Source: an uncultured Solirubrobacteraceae bacterium (GTDB lineage: Bacteria > Actinomycetota > Thermoleophilia > Solirubrobacterales > Solirubrobacteraceae). From it: a stretch of 64,000 bases of DNA. The translations under genes and the position numbers were made by a program. Each line of letters starts with the position of its first letter. Position 1 is the first letter of the stretch. The stretch covers positions 594,607 through 658,606 of the forward strand of contig CAVXZC010000012.1 in assembly GCA_963766165.1 (NCBI GenBank). Reading direction: 5' to 3'. Of this stretch, positions 10,187 through 18,892 are shown piece by piece. The notes beneath the pieces were generated by a model. It ran no database searches and had not been told where the DNA came from. It saw only the letters and a program-made list of their open reading frames with translations.

Positions 10187-11358
10187 GCCGCGAGCACCGC
10201 CTCGATGCGCTCCATGGCCACGATCAGCTCGGGCTCGGGGACGAGCCAGGCCAGCCGCATGTAGTCCGCCCAGGCCTCGCCGAAGCCGGTGCCCGGGAAG
10301 ATCAGCACGTGCGCCTCCTCCAGCAGCTTGAGCGACAGCTCGGGCGCCGGGATGCCGGTCGAGGCGGCGTTGAGGAACACGTAGAAGCCGCCGCGCGGCT
10401 CCCCGTAGCTGATGCCGAGCCGGTCGAGCGAGTCGAGGACGATCTTGCGCCGGCGCGTGTAGATCTGCCGGTACTCCTCGACGACGTCCATCGGGCCGGT
10501 GAGCGCGGCCACGCCGGCCGCCTGCGAGACCACCGGCGCGCAGGTGCTGACGATCGCCTTCCGGCGCCGCGCCTCGGCCATCACCGGGTGCGGGCCGCCC
10601 AGGTAGCCGAGCCGCCAGCCCGTCATGCAGAACGTCTTCGAGAAGCCGTTCACGGTGACGGTGCGCTCGGACATGCCGGGGAGCGATCCGATGCTCAGGT
10701 GCTCGTGCGGGTCATAGACGAGCTTCTCGTAGATCTCGTCGGAGATGACGTAGAGGTCGTGGCGCTGCGCCACGCCGGCCAGCGCGCGCAGGTTCTCGGG
10801 CGTGACCGTGCCCGCCGTGGGGTTGTTGGGCGAGATCAGCAGCAGCGCCTTCGTGCGCGGCGTGATCCGCTTCTCCACCTCGTCCGGATCGAGGTCGAAC
10901 CCGTCGGCCTCGCGCGTGGGCACCGAGACCATCGTCGCCCCGGCCATCTTGATCGCGATGTCATAGGACGTGTAGCGCGGGTCGGGCACGAGGATCTCGT
11001 CCCCCGGCTCCAGCAGCGCCTGCACGGCCAGGAAGAGGCCCTCCTGGCCGCCGGTGGTGACCACCACGCCGTCCGGACCGCCGACGTCCACGCCGTTCTC
11101 GCGCCGCAGCTTGTCCGCTACCGCGGCCCGCAGCTCCGGCGTGCCGGCGGGGTCGCTGACCCGGTCGGCGTCGCCCCGGTCGATCGCCGCCTTGGCCGCC
11201 TCCACGATGTGGGCCGGCGTCGGCAGGTCCGGGTCCCCGCGGCCGAGCGCGATCACGTCGTCGACGCGCGCGGCCAGGTCCATCAGGCCATAGCGGATAC
11301 GGGTGCCGCCGTCCGCGAGCCGATCGCCCCCGGGGCGCGTGGTGGTCGGCTCGGTCAT
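10183..11358 (-). CDS. PLP-dependent aminotransferase, class I/II
   Basis: Start MTEPTTT at 11356-11358 (ATGA overlap). SKTFCMTGWRLGY lysine motif region. 829-aa track ORF is an extension artefact. Confidence 0.9.
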   Translation of the reverse strand: MTEPTTTRPGGDRLADGGTRIRYGLMDLAARVDDVIALGRGDPDLPTPAHIVEAAKAAIDRGDADRVSDPAGTPELRAAVADKLRRENGVDVGGPDGVVVTTGGQEGLFLAVQALLEPGDEILVPDPRYTSYDIAIKMAGATMVSVPTREADGFDLDPDEVEKRITPRTKALLLISPNNPTAGTVTPENLRALAGVAQRHDLYVISDEIYEKLVYDPHEHLSIGSLPGMSERTVTVNGFSKTFCMTGWRLGYLGGPHPVMAEARRRKAIVSTCAPVVSQAAGVAALTGPMDVVEEYRQIYTRRRKIVLDSLDRLGISYGEPRGGFYVFLNAASTGIPAPELSLKLLEEAHVLIFPGTGFGEAWADYMRLAWLVPEPELIVAMERIEAVLAA

Positions 11359-12410
11359 GCGGTCTCCTCGTGATCGTGGGCGGTGAGCGCGGCGGCCAGC
11401 CGCCGGCCGGCGAGCCGCAGCCGCTCGGGCGACTCGGTGAGCGACAGCCGCAGCCAGCCGGACAGCCCGACGGTGTCGCCGGGCGCCGCGCGCACGTCCG
11501 CCGCTGCGGCCGCGTCGTCGCCGCCCTGGACGAGCACGTGCCAGCCCGCCGCCGGCGCGACGCACCGGGCGCCGCCCGCGTCGAGCGCGGCCACGAGCGC
11601 GGCGCGCCGCGCGCGCACCTCGGCCTGCGCCTCGCCCACGCGGTCCTGCGGGCCGCGCACGGCGGCCAGCGCGGCGTACTGGGAGACCGCGGGGCTGCAG
11701 ATGCTCAACGCCTGCTTGAGCGCGATCATCGGGCCGAGCAGCGCCTGCGGCCCGGCCAGGTAGGCCACCCGCCAGGCCTCCAGGCCCCAGATCGCCGAGA
11801 AGCCGTTGATGGTGACGGTGCGCTCGGCCATCCCGGGCAGCGCGGCGATGCTGCGATGGACGGCGCCGTCGTGCAGCAGCGGCTCGAGGCTCTCCACCGC
11901 GACCACGGTCAGGTCGTGCTCGCCGGCCACGCTCGCGAGTGCGGCCAGCTCCGCGTCGCCGGGCGCGATCAGGCCCGGCGCTCGCAGCACGATCACCTTG
12001 GTCCGGTCGGTCACCGCCTGGGCCACGGCGTCGGCGTCGAGGGCGAGCCCGCGCTCGGGGTCGGACGCCAGCGCGCGCGGCGTGGCCCGGGCCAGGCTCA
12101 CGATGTCGGCGTCTCCGGCGCGGGCGGGCGCGGCCAGGATCGCCTCGTCGCCGGGCTCGAGCAGCACGTGCAGCGCGACCCACAGCGCCTCCTGCTCGCC
12201 GCAGGTGATGAGCACCTCGCGCTCGGGGTGCACCGCGATCCCGTTCTCGGCGGCCAGCTTCTCCGCCACGGCGCGGCGCAGGGGATTGATCCCCGGGCGC
12301 GTCGTGTAGTGCGTCTCGCCCGCGTCGAGCGCGTCCTTGGCCCCTTGGCGGACGTGCGCGGGCGTCGGGAGGCCGAGGTGGTCGGCGGACAGGTCGATCA
12401 CATCGGTCAT
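11355..12410 (-). CDS. PLP-dependent aminotransferase, class I/II (divergent paralog)
   Basis: Start MTDVIDLSADHLGLPTPAH at 12408-12410 (ATGA overlap). Same fold pattern as the previous gene. The canonical Lys region is altered, so function is uncertain. Confidence 0.75.
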   Translation of the reverse strand: MTDVIDLSADHLGLPTPAHVRQGAKDALDAGETHYTTRPGINPLRRAVAEKLAAENGIAVHPEREVLITCGEQEALWVALHVLLEPGDEAILAAPARAGDADIVSLARATPRALASDPERGLALDADAVAQAVTDRTKVIVLRAPGLIAPGDAELAALASVAGEHDLTVVAVESLEPLLHDGAVHRSIAALPGMAERTVTINGFSAIWGLEAWRVAYLAGPQALLGPMIALKQALSICSPAVSQYAALAAVRGPQDRVGEAQAEVRARRAALVAALDAGGARCVAPAAGWHVLVQGGDDAAAAADVRAAPGDTVGLSGWLRLSLTESPERLRLAGRRLAAALTAHDHEETA

Positions 12411-13534
12411 CGGGTCGCCTCCACGGCGCGTCGCAGCTCGAGCGCGACCCGGCGGACGTCGTCGGCGGCGAGCTCTGGGTAGATGGGCAGGCACAGCAGC
12501 TCTTCCGCGAGCCGGTCGGTGTTCGGGAACGACCCGGCCGGGCGGTCGCGGTAGACGGGCTGCCGGTGCAGGGGCGGGACGTAGAGGAGGGAGGTCTCGA
12601 CTCCGCGGCCGGCGAGGTCGGCTCGCACCGCGTCGCGCCGGGGGACGCGGACGACGTAGTTGCGGTAGGCATGCGTCACGCCGGCCGGGACGCTCGGCGT
12701 GATGACCGGCGAGCCGGCCAGCAGCTCGTCGTAGAGCGCGGCCACCGCCCGGCGGCGGCGCGCCGCGTCCGGCAGGTGGCGGAGCTTCACGCGCAGGATC
12801 GCGGCCTGCAGCAGGTCGAGGTGGCTGTGGTAGCCCTCCGCCTCCAGGCGCTGGCGCCCGTCCGGGCCGGCCATCGCCTCGCGGAACGGCTCGCCGTACC
12901 CGGCCAGCAGCCGGGCGCGATGGGCCAGGTCCGCGTCGTCGGTGGTGATCAGGCCGCCGTCGCCGTAGGCGCCGAGCACCTTGGCCGGCGCGAAGCTGAA
13001 GGAGGCGATGCGGCCGAGCGAGCCGGCCGGGCGGCCCCCCACCGTGGCGCCGAAGGCCAGCGCCGCGTCCTCCACGAGCGCGACGCCGCGTGGCTCGGCC
13101 AGCGCGCGCAGCTCGCCCACCGGCGCGGGGAGGCCATACAGGTGGACGGCCACGATCGCCTTGGTGCGCGGCGTGATCGCCGCGGCCACCCGCTCCGGGT
13201 CGAGGTTGTGGGTGGCGAGATCGACGTCGGCCCACACGAAGGTCGCGCCGGTGTGGCTGATCGCCGCGCAGGTGGAGATGTCGGTGTTCGGCGGCGCGAT
13301 CACCTCGTCGCCCGGCCCGACGCCGAGCGCGCGCAGGGCGAGGAACAGCGCGGCGAGCCCGCTGCCCACCGCGACGGCGTGGGCGGTCCCGCACGCCGCG
13401 GCCAGCTCGTCCTCGAGGCGCCACAGGTCCTCGCCCCGCTCGTACTCGCCACCGGCGAGGATCGCCGCGATGGCCGGGTCGAGCTCGGCGCGCAGCGCGG
13501 CGTAGCCGGCGCCGAGGTCGCTCGTGGGGATCAA
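12407..13534 (-). CDS. DegT/DnrJ/EryC1/StrS-family PLP aminotransferase
   Basis: ELIPTSDLGAGYAAL N-terminus. TTG start with GGAGG 4 nt upstream and TTGA overlap with the Ldh_2 gene stop. About 375 aa. Confidence 0.85.
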   Translation of the reverse strand: MIPTSDLGAGYAALRAELDPAIAAILAGGEYERGEDLWRLEDELAAACGTAHAVAVGSGLAALFLALRALGVGPGDEVIAPPNTDISTCAAISHTGATFVWADVDLATHNLDPERVAAAITPRTKAIVAVHLYGLPAPVGELRALAEPRGVALVEDAALAFGATVGGRPAGSLGRIASFSFAPAKVLGAYGDGGLITTDDADLAHRARLLAGYGEPFREAMAGPDGRQRLEAEGYHSHLDLLQAAILRVKLRHLPDAARRRRAVAALYDELLAGSPVITPSVPAGVTHAYRNYVVRVPRRDAVRADLAGRGVETSLLYVPPLHRQPVYRDRPAGSFPNTDRLAEELLCLPIYPELAADDVRRVALELRRAVEATR

Positions 13535-14595
13535 TTCGCCTCCAGCGGCGCGACGTCCAGCGCCTCGGCTGCGGCTGCCAGCTCGTCGAGGCGCTCGGCG
13601 TCGATCGGTACGCCCTCGCGTCGCCGCTGCTGCGCGCGCTCCCACTCGATCTGGCCGGGCAGCTTGATCTCCTGCGCGCCCGGCGCGAGCGGGGCGGAGA
13701 CGATCTGCTCGATCAGCGCGTCCATCCGCGCCCGGAAGTCGGCGACCGGCGTGAAGCGGCCGATGTCGATGGCGATCAGGAGGTGGCCGACGTCCTGGTG
13801 GTCGGGCCCGAAGCAGTCCAGCCCGAACGCCGATCCCGTCAGCACGCCCGTCAGCGCGTCGACGACCACCGCGAGCGCGTAGCCCTTGGGCCCGCCGAGC
13901 GGGAACAGCGCGCCGAGCATCGCCGCGGACGGGTCAGTGGTCCGCTCGCCGCCCTCCGTATAGGCCCAGTCGTCGGGAATCGGCAGCCCGAGCCGCTCGT
14001 GCCAGCGGATCATGCCCTTGCCCGACGTGCTGTTGGCCATGTCGAGCAGCACGGGCCATTCGCGGCCGCTGGGCACGGCGACGGCCCAGGGGTTCGTCCC
14101 CACCACCGCCGTCGCGGCGCCCCAGGGCGCGATCTCCGGGCCGGCGTTGGTGAACGACAGGCCGATGCACCCGCGCTCGAGCGCGCGCTCGGCGTAGTAC
14201 GCGGCGACGCCGAAGTGCGTGCTGTCGCGCACGCCGACGGCGCCGATGCCGGACTCGGCCGCCAGGTCCAGCGCGAGCTCCATCGCCCGCGTCGCGGCCA
14301 CGTGGCCGGAGGCGCGGTGCGCGTCGAGGAGCGCCGTGGCCGGCGCCCGGCTCACCGTCTCCAGCCGCGCCGCCGGGTCGATCACCCCGGCTTGGATGCG
14401 GGCGTGGTAGCTGCCGATCCGCGAGACGCCCTGGCCCTGGCCGGGCAGCGAGCGCAGCGAGCCGGCCAGCAGCACGTCGGCGAACGTCTCGGCGTCGGGC
14501 GCCCGGAAGCCCATGCGCGCGGCGCAGCCGCGGCAGAAGCGCTCGAGCTCCGGGTACGGGACGAGGACCGTCGGTACGGTGGGCGCAGAGGACAT
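13531..14595 (-). CDS. Ldh_2 family (malate/L-sulfolactate/ureidoglycolate/piperideine-2-carboxylate) dehydrogenase or reductase
   Basis: 354 aa; GTNPWA, STSGKGM and HxG motifs typical of PF02615. First gene of the operon. Confidence 0.85.
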   Translation of the reverse strand: MSSAPTVPTVLVPYPELERFCRGCAARMGFRAPDAETFADVLLAGSLRSLPGQGQGVSRIGSYHARIQAGVIDPAARLETVSRAPATALLDAHRASGHVAATRAMELALDLAAESGIGAVGVRDSTHFGVAAYYAERALERGCIGLSFTNAGPEIAPWGAATAVVGTNPWAVAVPSGREWPVLLDMANSTSGKGMIRWHERLGLPIPDDWAYTEGGERTTDPSAAMLGALFPLGGPKGYALAVVVDALTGVLTGSAFGLDCFGPDHQDVGHLLIAIDIGRFTPVADFRARMDALIEQIVSAPLAPGAQEIKLPGQIEWERAQQRRREGVPIDAERLDELAAAAEALDVAPLEAN

Positions 14596-14630
14596 GGCGA
14601 GATCGCCCGGAGGCGATCGCCGGGACGCAG

Positions 14631-14663
14631 TTTCAATCTAAGCGCAGATTTTCACTCTGTCAA
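14631..14663 (-). promoter_or_regulatory. Copy 2 of the 33-bp promoter/operator element: TTGACA-17nt-TAGATT with AGAGTGAA and AGATTGAA direct repeats
   Basis: Plus strand tttcaatctaagcgcagattttcactctgtcaa. Lies between the XRE gene stop (14671) and the Ldh_2 start (14595). The leader also has the palindrome GGCGATCGCC (14612-14621). Confidence 0.5.
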
Positions 14664-14670
14664 GCCGCGC

Positions 14671-15255
14671 TCAGAACGTGGGCGGGGTGCAGACGAAGAT
14701 CATCTCCACCGTCTCCGCGCCCGCGTTGCCGAACGAGTGCACGAGCGCGCTGTCGAACGAGATCGAGTCGCCGGCCTCCAGCAGGTAGACCATCCCATTG
14801 ACCGTCACCGACAGCGCGCCGGAGACCACGGTCATGAACTCCTCGCCGGCGTGCGCGAACGGCGTCTCCTCGGTGGTGACGCCCGGCGGGATGATGTAGC
14901 GGACCACCTGCAGCGAGCGATCGAGGTCGGGGGTCATCATCAGCGCCGAGACGTCCTCGTCGTCGATCACGTGCGGGCTCAGCTCGCGCTGCTCGCCGCG
15001 GCGCACCACGGGCGACGCCGTGCGCTCCACGTGCAGCAGCCGCGCCACCGGGACGTCGAGCGCGTGGGCGATCTTGATCAGCGTGAAGAAGGCCGGATTG
15101 CCCTTGCCGCGCTCGAGCTGGCTGAGCCCGCCGATGCTCAGACCGCTCGTCCGGGAGATGTCCTCGAGCGTCAGCCCCTGCTCCTGACGCAGCCGCCGCA
15201 GCTGCTCCCCGAAGGCGCTCTGCAGGATGACCGGGTCAGGATGTCGATCCGACAT
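14671..15255 (-). CDS. XRE-family HTH transcriptional regulator with C-terminal cupin domain
   Basis: LRRLRQEQGLTLEDISRTSGLSIGGLSQLERGKGNP (HTH_XRE) followed by a cupin_2-like beta-barrel. Confidence 0.9.
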   Translation of the reverse strand: MSDRHPDPVILQSAFGEQLRRLRQEQGLTLEDISRTSGLSIGGLSQLERGKGNPAFFTLIKIAHALDVPVARLLHVERTASPVVRRGEQRELSPHVIDDEDVSALMMTPDLDRSLQVVRYIIPPGVTTEETPFAHAGEEFMTVVSGALSVTVNGMVYLLEAGDSISFDSALVHSFGNAGAETVEMIFVCTPPTF

Positions 15256-15323
15256 GGACCACGAGTCTAAGCCTGAGCCGAGCGCCTTGACGACGGTCTG
15301 AGCGGGCTCTACGGTGACCCGGG

Positions 15324-15707
15324 ATGAGCGTGGTCAGACACACGCCCGAGTCCCTCGCCCGCTGGGAGGAGGCCGACTCGCAGGACCCGGCGCGCGCCAA
15401 GCTGCGCGAGCTGACGGTGGCCTACGTGAGGGCTCAGGGCGGGCTGATGCTGGACGTCTGGCGCCTGTACATGGGGCCGTGGTTCGGCGAGCCGGAGATG
15501 ATGCTGCTCTCGGAGGTCGCCGAGCGGCTCGGCATCTCGGAGTGGCACGCGGAGAACATCGTCCGGGCCACGGACGCGGCGGTCGTCCCGCAGTGGCGGC
15601 GCACCGCCGAGTTCCGCGACTCCGAGCTCGGCGAGGCGGCCCAGCTGTCCTGGCCCGCCGCGTTCCAGCACGTCCTGCGCTTCCCCGACGACGGCAGCGA
15701 GGGTTAG
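15324..15707 (+). CDS. Small hypothetical protein (127 aa) with a possible HTH segment (SEVAERLGISEWHAENIVRA), divergent from the XRE gene
   Basis: Near-100% GC3 codon bias. A TTGACG-17-TACGGT promoter-like sequence lies upstream at about 15288-15316. Confidence 0.6.
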   Translation: MSVVRHTPESLARWEEADSQDPARAKLRELTVAYVRAQGGLMLDVWRLYMGPWFGEPEMMLLSEVAERLGISEWHAENIVRATDAAVVPQWRRTAEFRDSELGEAAQLSWPAAFQHVLRFPDDGSEG

Positions 15708-17830
15708 CCGCCCGCGTAGCGGGCGGCCACGACCCGCGGCTGCTCGACGGGTCGGCCCGCCTGGATCGACCAGGCCAGCCGGACGTACTGCGCGTGGCTC
15801 CACAGCAGCGGCGTGGCCGAGAGCGTGCCGCTACCGACCGGGCCGCCGCCCGGGAAGTCCGGGCTCCAGACCTGCTCGGGCAGCATGCCGCCATCGTTGG
15901 CCGCCGCGCCCATGTGCGCGAGCTGTGCGCGCGCGTCGGACGGGTCGCCGGCCAGCAGGTCGTACTCGCCGCGCTCGCCGCCGAAGATCGGCCAGACGCG
16001 CCCGATCGTCGTGTTGTTCGCCCAGTCGGTGGTCGGGTTGGCCGGGAAGCCGACGTCCCAGGGCGAGCCGTCCTTCTTCTCCCCGTAGCCGTCGAAGTCG
16101 TAACGGTGCCAGAACGGCCCGTCGCGGAGCTGCTGGTCGACCACCGCGATCGTGTTGCGGATCACGGGGTCGCTCGCCGGCTTGACGCCGAGGCGGACGA
16201 GCTCGAGGAAGCTGGGATCGACGACCGCGCGCTGGTCGACGCCGTTCGGGCCGCTGTCGCCGATGTCGTAGGGGGTGCCCGCGTCCGGGTTGCCGTCCTT
16301 GGTCACGCGCAGGTAGTAGGGACGCGGCGAGAACGGGCCGTTCGTGGTGGCCGTCCAGCCCTGGATGCGCCGCTGCCAGTCGTCGGCGGTCTGCAGGTAG
16401 CGCGCGGCCGAGGCCGGGTCGCCGTCGCGGCGGGCGATGTCGGCGGCGCAGACCAGCCCGGCGATCTCCGCCGCGGTCGTGCCCGGCGAGTAGCCGCCCT
16501 GGTTCTCCCAGCGGTCCTGCGGCGTGTCCGGCGCGCCCGGGTAGCTCACCAGGAAGTCCGCCGCCCGCTTGATGTGGTCGCGGTAGAGCGCGCCGCCGGT
16601 CTGACCGGTCTGCCAGGCGAGCACGATCGGCAGCGCCACCTCGTCCAGCTGCAGGTTCGTCCAGTGCGGCGTGCCGTCGACGGTCGAGTTCTGCGGGAAC
16701 GAGCCGTCGGGCTTCTGCTGGCGATCGAACAGGTAGTCGACGGCGCGGCGCGCGCCCGCCGTGTCGCCGGCGGCCAGCAGCGCGCTGGCGATCTGGTAGA
16801 GGTCGCGCGCCCACACCAGGTGGTACGCGCCCGAGGGGTTCTCCAGCCCGGTGCCCCAGGCCCAGGGCATCGTCGGCGAGGCGACGTAGGCGCCCCGGTA
16901 GGTCTTGTCCTCGCTGGCCGCGAGCGTCATCACCGACGTCTCGTAGAGCGCGCGGTTCGCCGCCGCCGGTGGGCGCTTCAGGCCGGCGAGGTAGCGCGCC
17001 CAGCCGCGGGCATAGGCCTGCTGAGCCGTGCTGTCGGCCAGCGAGGCGCGCGCCGCTGAGCGCGCGGCCGCCGGACCGGACCCGAAACCGACCGCGAGCG
17101 TGGTCCGCCGCCCGCCGCGCAGCCCGGTCAGCTGCGTGCGGCCCGTCTGGACCACGTTGCCGTCCGGCGCCGACGTGTAGGTCCAGTCCATGTGGAAGTC
17201 CTGCAGGTCCGTGTAGCCGTCGCTGGCGCCGAGGTAGCCGCTCGAGGTGCGCGTGAACTGCGGCGAGGCCACCATCGCGCTGCCCATCGACGCGTCGCCG
17301 GCCACGAGCGCGTGCCGCGTGCTCGTGCCGCTGTCGTCCATCCCGTTGTTGGAGAGGCTCGGGTCGAGCACGGCGTAGGCGCTGAGCTTCCGGCCGCTCA
17401 GCGAGGTCAGCCGCACGGCCACGCGCACGACGTCGCGCGCCGGGTCCGTGGAGTAGGTCTTGACCACCCGGAAGCGCCCCGGCTCCTCGTCGACCTGCCG
17501 GTAGACGAGGTCGCCCAGCGGCTGGACCGCCCGCCGGCTCGCGGCGCTGTCGCGCTCGGCGAACGTCTTCCCGTCGGAGACGACGAGGTCGAGCGTGCGC
17601 ACGCTCGGCGTGCCGAGGTCGGGATAGAACACCTCCGTCATCCCGCCTTGACCCAGCGTGAACCAGACGTGGCTCGCCGTGGTCGCGGACGTGCCGAACC
17701 CGTGCTTGTCGGCGCTCGTCCACGTCGCGTTCGCGCCGGGCGCTCCCGGCGCCGTCGCCGCGCGCGCGGCCGTGGTCATGCTCATCGTCAGCGCCGCCGC
17801 CAGCAGCGCCACCCCTGCGGACTTCGTCAT
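15704..17830 (-). CDS. Secreted glycoside hydrolase family 15 (glucoamylase/glucodextranase-like)
   Basis: Start MTKSAGVALLAAALTMSMTTAARA (signal peptide). Long GH15-type (alpha/alpha)6 catalytic region with conserved W/E-rich blocks. Track ORF 15704..18016 is over-extended. Confidence 0.8.
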   Translation of the reverse strand: MTKSAGVALLAAALTMSMTTAARAATAPGAPGANATWTSADKHGFGTSATTASHVWFTLGQGGMTEVFYPDLGTPSVRTLDLVVSDGKTFAERDSAASRRAVQPLGDLVYRQVDEEPGRFRVVKTYSTDPARDVVRVAVRLTSLSGRKLSAYAVLDPSLSNNGMDDSGTSTRHALVAGDASMGSAMVASPQFTRTSSGYLGASDGYTDLQDFHMDWTYTSAPDGNVVQTGRTQLTGLRGGRRTTLAVGFGSGPAAARSAARASLADSTAQQAYARGWARYLAGLKRPPAAANRALYETSVMTLAASEDKTYRGAYVASPTMPWAWGTGLENPSGAYHLVWARDLYQIASALLAAGDTAGARRAVDYLFDRQQKPDGSFPQNSTVDGTPHWTNLQLDEVALPIVLAWQTGQTGGALYRDHIKRAADFLVSYPGAPDTPQDRWENQGGYSPGTTAAEIAGLVCAADIARRDGDPASAARYLQTADDWQRRIQGWTATTNGPFSPRPYYLRVTKDGNPDAGTPYDIGDSGPNGVDQRAVVDPSFLELVRLGVKPASDPVIRNTIAVVDQQLRDGPFWHRYDFDGYGEKKDGSPWDVGFPANPTTDWANNTTIGRVWPIFGGERGEYDLLAGDPSDARAQLAHMGAAANDGGMLPEQVWSPDFPGGGPVGSGTLSATPLLWSHAQYVRLAWSIQAGRPVEQPRVVAARYAGG

Positions 17831-17879
17831 CTCGGCTCTCCTCTCCCGCCCCGGGTCGCCTACCCGGTGAGCGCCTTCG

Positions 17880-18892
17880 TCAGTCCGCGGGCAGCGCCGC
17901 GCGCAGGAAGCGCAGCCAGTTGGCGCCCAGCACGCCGGCGCGGGCCTCGGCGGGCGCGAGGTCGCCGATGCGCGGCCAGTCGGCCACCGAGTCCAGCTCC
18001 AGCGGCGTCTCGCCACGGCCGTGTCCCGCGTCGACGTCGCTGCCGATGCCGACCCGCTCCCAGCCGGCGATCCCGGCGATGTGGCGCAGGTGGGCGGCGG
18101 CGTGCTCGGCCAGCGTCACCGGCGGCGCGCCGGCCGACCAGCCCGGCGCCAGGAAGTCGTTGAGCATGGCGAGCCCGATCACGCCGTCGCGCTCGGCCAC
18201 CGCGCGGATCTGCTCGTCGGACAGGAAGCGGTTGAGCGGAATCCGGCCGGGGGCGGAGGTCATCAGCGCCCGGGCCGTCGCGTGTGTCACGCACAACGCG
18301 TGCTGGGGGAGCGGCAGCGCCTGCGCGAACGCCTCCTCGGACAGGTGGCTGGCGTCGTGGATGACGCCGAGGTCGGCCATCGCCTCCAGCAGCTCGGCGC
18401 CGATCGGCGCCAGGCCGCGGTCGGACCCGGTCCCGCCGGCGTAGCGCGTCGGCCCCCAGGCCAGCCCGATCATCCGCACGCCGCGCCGCCACCACTCCGG
18501 CAGGTCCCCGACCGCGACGATCGGGTCCGCGCCCTCGATCAGCAGCAGCAGGCCCGGAACGCGGTCGCCGGCGAAGCGGGCCAGGTGGTCCTCCAGCGTC
18601 GCCCGGCCGGTGACGATCCGCACGGCGCCGCGCGCTTCCCAGTCGCGGTAGACGCCCAGCATCTCCAGCGCCTGCGCCTCGGCCTCCTCGGGCGTGCGGT
18701 AGCCGTCCTCGGACGGCCCGAGCCAGGCGTCGGCGGGCTCCGCGAACAGCGTCGCGCCGACCAGCGCCACGCCCGCCGCCCCGAGCTCCGGCAGCGAGGT
18801 CAGCGCGCCCGACTCCCGCTCGGCGGGCACGGTGAGGTCGCGCCCGCTGTCCGCGCGGTCCAGGCGAGGTCGAGGTGGGCGTCGACGATCAC
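17880..18892 (-). pseudogene. Membrane dipeptidase (peptidase M19) with one apparent frameshift near 18845
   Basis: N-terminus VIVDAHLDLAW (HxD motif) is in the frame of track ORF 18800..19153. Remainder is ORF 17880..18830 (EGADP, HLSE, GSDVD motifs). GTG start overlaps the PolX stop (GTGA). Confidence 0.7.

Noticed and set aside
10183-13645. Very long track ORFs (829, 689, 412 aa) suggesting giant or fused aminotransferases
   Set aside because: N-terminal portions are Arg/Gly/Pro-rich artefacts lying in the upstream gene's region; real starts are internal ATG/TTG codons overlapping the preceding stop codon
15314-17059. 581-aa plus ORF and 630-aa minus ORF in the glucoamylase region
   Set aside because: Alternative frames of the GH15 gene; RR/GG-rich, no motifs
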